Assembly (NCBI RefSeq): GCF_001949145.1 | Contig: NW_019091357.1 | Coordinates: 3,076,859-3,140,858, forward strand | Direction of reading: 5' to 3' | From: Acanthaster planci | Taxonomy: Eukaryota | Length of the DNA: 64,000 nt | Part shown: positions 61,641 through 64,000 of the stretch, in pieces | How the letters are laid out: the number at the start of each line of letters is the position of its first letter | How positions within the stretch are numbered: position 1 is the first letter of the stretch | Notes under the pieces: generated by a model | The model's input: the letters and a program-made list of their open reading frames with translations, nothing else | Told to the model about the DNA's origin: nothing | Databases searched by the model: none | Translations under genes and position numbers: made by a program

Positions 61641-64000
61641 CTACCAAATGCCTACAAGAGGGTTCAGCCGTTTTGGATTAGTTGGGTCAAAGTTGGTCGA
61701 AGATTGCTGAGTATACGTCATGTTTATTGCAACCTTCGTAGTTTGTGTCTGAGCGGGACTAACTCGACTGACAGATTCTGTCTGAATACCCTTATCCTCG
61801 CTGACAATCCAACCTTCAGTGTGTTTGTGCCTGCTAGTACGTGCGAGTCCAGGATGGGAGACTCTCGTTGATTGGCTGCCTCGCCTACAGCAGTCGAAAC
61901 ACGAATGTTCAGGTCCAAAAGTCGCACAGAGAGACTGGAAAAAGAACGTGCCATGAATCCAGCTTGAACTCGTGACAATCATCCAGTAAACCCCAAACTG
62001 ATAATAGCTGAGCACTGTGGCTGGAAGAAACAACGCCCCAACCAAGAGCGTTGAAAGACCAGCCATGGTGAGAGCTGGCGTCGTGGTGATGAGAGAGTAA
62101 CGCGTGCGCTGCTCACGCTTTTGTAAGGGGGCGAGTTTATAAGCCACCCCATAGTGAATGGTATAATCAACCGGCAAGCCAACAGCTAAAATGATCATGG
62201 TTGCTTGTACAACATTCAGTTCCCATCCAAGCAAGACCAGACTCGCCACTGTGACAAATATGGCACATGTCACAGTCATCACGGCAAAGACGGTGAGCAA
62301 AATATTCCGAATGGTCAGTGCAAGGATTCCGGACGATACTGCCAATGCAATAAGCATGGAATGTAATGTTCCAGACGCCAGACTTTGTTGCAGATCGTAC
62401 AGAAGAATATCGGGGGCAGTCGGGACAAACCAGCCCCTCTGTAAAGGAACTGGCGCCGTTTGTAATGTCTCCTCAACCCAAGAATCTGCGGTGGCCCAGA
62501 GCTCATTATTTGTCCAATAGTTTAAACCGCTCAGGTAATTTGTACCAAAGATGAGTTTCACCACGGCCAGCTCAGCATTATCTCTTCTGAAATACAAACT
62601 CGGAAAGAGCCCTTGATTGGCAAATTTATACAAACATGTTTTGAAGAGAGAAGGGTGGTAGGGAAAGACAGGCTGGTTGCAACACGGTGTCGCATCCTCG
62701 CCAGTAAAGGGATCGACACACGAGTCTCGTCGCATGAGCTGCACATAGTCTTCCATAAAACAAGCTGATGGAAAATTGGAGTTGTAAAAAGATTGATTCC
62801 TGATATTATGACAGAAGTTATAAAACCACGCCTGGTGGTCCCAACTGCTCAACTGGAACTTATTGTCTAAAAGGAGAGTACCAAAATCACCCGGGTTCCA
62901 TATGTCACCGTTGTCTACTCCCTGTACACCCCAGAGAATACAGCCTAGGGTGCTTGAGGGCCTGGAACGGGTAGCCGAGAACTGCTCCTTAAACACAATT
63001 TCATGTTGCTCTAAAAAGTTAGAATCGACGTAAAATTGAAGACTGGGAGATTGAGGCACTTTCAAACGTGGAAAATAAAACACGACAACCCCACTTGCAG
63101 ACATTAACAACAGGAAAAGAATAATCCACAGGAATCTCAGTTTCAGCACAAAAAAGGGAATGAGTTCGCAGTAAACCATTTTCACTGGTTTAATAATTTT
63201 GACAAAGACGTTATACCTCAGGTTTAGGTCCCGCAACGGCGAGCACCACCAAACCCGGACTTTTTGTTGCATTACAATAGCCGACGGGAGCAAACCCATT
63301 GTCAAAAAGAAATTCATGATGATGGCAGTACCGGCAAAGAGTGCGAAGCACCTCACAACAGTTACAGGGCTGACTACCGCTGCGTAGAGTGCCGCTGCGG
63401 TGGTAAAGCTGGTCACAAGCATCGTGGCGAACGCATGACGGAGGGTCTCGTGCACGAGTCTTATCAAGTCTTGGTCGCCAAACTCCGACCGACACTTCTT
63501 CCAGAAGTCCATGAAGACAAACGTGTCATCCATCCCAACTCCAATTATCAAGACGATAGCCATGGTATTGGCAATCGGGAAGAAAGGCCGCAGCAACACT
63601 ACTGTGTATATGAAGTCGGCTAAGGCGAGCGAGAAGATGATGATCAAAGAAGCTGACAGTGTCACTAAGAATGAACTTGTGTAAGCCCAAGACAGGAAGA
63701 AAACAGCTACGGACGCAAAACACAGGAAGAGGCTATCAGCAAAGAAGTAATCGGAAAACATACTTGACTTGATGAAAAAGTTGACCGCCCTGAGCTTTGT
63801 TATTCCGTTTGAATCTGGCTGAACTAATATTTTCTCCTTGTAAATGGTTTTTAGGACAGTTCCAGCGCTGTCTCCAAACACGGGGAAATAGACTACAGTT
63901 ATCGGGGATGACAGGGGTGTGACGTTTCTCATGAGGTTCAGACTAAATTCTGTCGGGAGGAGGTAGTAGAGGATACTGTGGACGGCGAAATCATGTTGAC
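61641..64000 (-). CDS. Disp: Dispatched-family protein (RND/sterol-sensing domain), 5'-partial large terminal exon
   Basis: The 763-aa ORF stays open to the window edge (QHDFAVHSILYYLLPTEF precedes the listed Met, cf. DISP1 AVYQILHYLVDKDF). It has TM4 GVGMDDTFV (GxxxDD), TMLVTSFTTAAA, VRCFALFAGTAI, WGVQGVDNGD, PCC, GWF and TM10 AVGLPVDYTIHYGVAY, all colinear with Dispatched. Confidence 0.93.
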   Translation of the reverse strand, partial: QHDFAVHSILYYLLPTEFSLNLMRNVTPLSSPITVVYFPVFGDSAGTVLKTIYKEKILVQPDSNGITKLRAVNFFIKSSMFSDYFFADSLFLCFASVAVFFLSWAYTSSFLVTLSASLIIIFSLALADFIYTVVLLRPFFPIANTMAIVLIIGVGMDDTFVFMDFWKKCRSEFGDQDLIRLVHETLRHAFATMLVTSFTTAAALYAAVVSPVTVVRCFALFAGTAIIMNFFLTMGLLPSAIVMQQKVRVWWCSPLRDLNLRYNVFVKIIKPVKMVYCELIPFFVLKLRFLWIILFLLLMSASGVVVFYFPRLKVPQSPSLQFYVDSNFLEQHEIVFKEQFSATRSRPSSTLGCILWGVQGVDNGDIWNPGDFGTLLLDNKFQLSSWDHQAWFYNFCHNIRNQSFYNSNFPSACFMEDYVQLMRRDSCVDPFTGEDATPCCNQPVFPYHPSLFKTCLYKFANQGLFPSLYFRRDNAELAVVKLIFGTNYLSGLNYWTNNELWATADSWVEETLQTAPVPLQRGWFVPTAPDILLYDLQQSLASGTLHSMLIALAVSSGILALTIRNILLTVFAVMTVTCAIFVTVASLVLLGWELNVVQATMIILAVGLPVDYTIHYGVAYKLAPLQKREQRTRYSLITTTPALTMAGLSTLLVGALFLPATVLSYYQFGVYWMIVTSSSWIHGTFFFQSLCATFGPEHSCFDCCRRGSQSTRVSHPGLARTSRHKHTEGWIVSEDKGIQTESVSRVSPAQTQTTKVAINMTYTQQSSTNFDPTNPKRLNPLVGIW

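Noticed and set aside
61584..63723. Short overlapping and antisense ORFs within Dispatched (and likewise within the receptor tail exons)
   Set aside because: Shadow frames of real coding sequence with no independent motifs.
61641..63932. Bacterial RND/MMPL transporter or horizontal transfer, given the intronless 2.3 kb
   Set aside because: Motifs are colinear with animal Dispatched, whose 3' coding region is known to lie in one large exon in vertebrates.

Overview
Eukaryotic, intron-containing animal DNA. Its repeats and gene content suggest a marine invertebrate, possibly an echinoderm; that assignment is inference only. I see no prokaryotic operons, CRISPR arrays, rRNA or true tRNA genes. 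Four protein-coding units can be reconstructed by hand. (1) A two-exon gene for a 73-aa single-pass membrane microprotein (CDS 6695-6916, +). (2) Receptor A (11287/11320-20261, +, about 650 aa): signal peptide, divergent MAM domain, Pro/Thr/acidic stalk, TM helix and a ~376-aa disordered tail dense in tyrosine and SH3 motifs. (3) Receptor B (<36953-43442, +), an apparent ancient tandem paralog of A with the same exon/phase architecture. B has a ~55-aa basic insertion in its MAM domain, a 15-nt microexon and a probable GC-AG intron; its leader exon was not located. (4) The 3' part of a Dispatched-family (RND/sterol-sensing) gene on the minus strand, running off the window end (61641->64000). 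Intergenic and intronic DNA holds decayed LINE 3' ends (RTE-type and CR1/L2-type), tRNA-derived SINEs, MITE-like inverted repeats, two dispersed repeat families, a 37/41-bp minisatellite and a (TTTG)n microsatellite. The best candidate for an undescribed system is the MAM-TM-phosphomotif receptor pair plus the adjacent TM microprotein. All gene models are manual predictions without transcript or database support.
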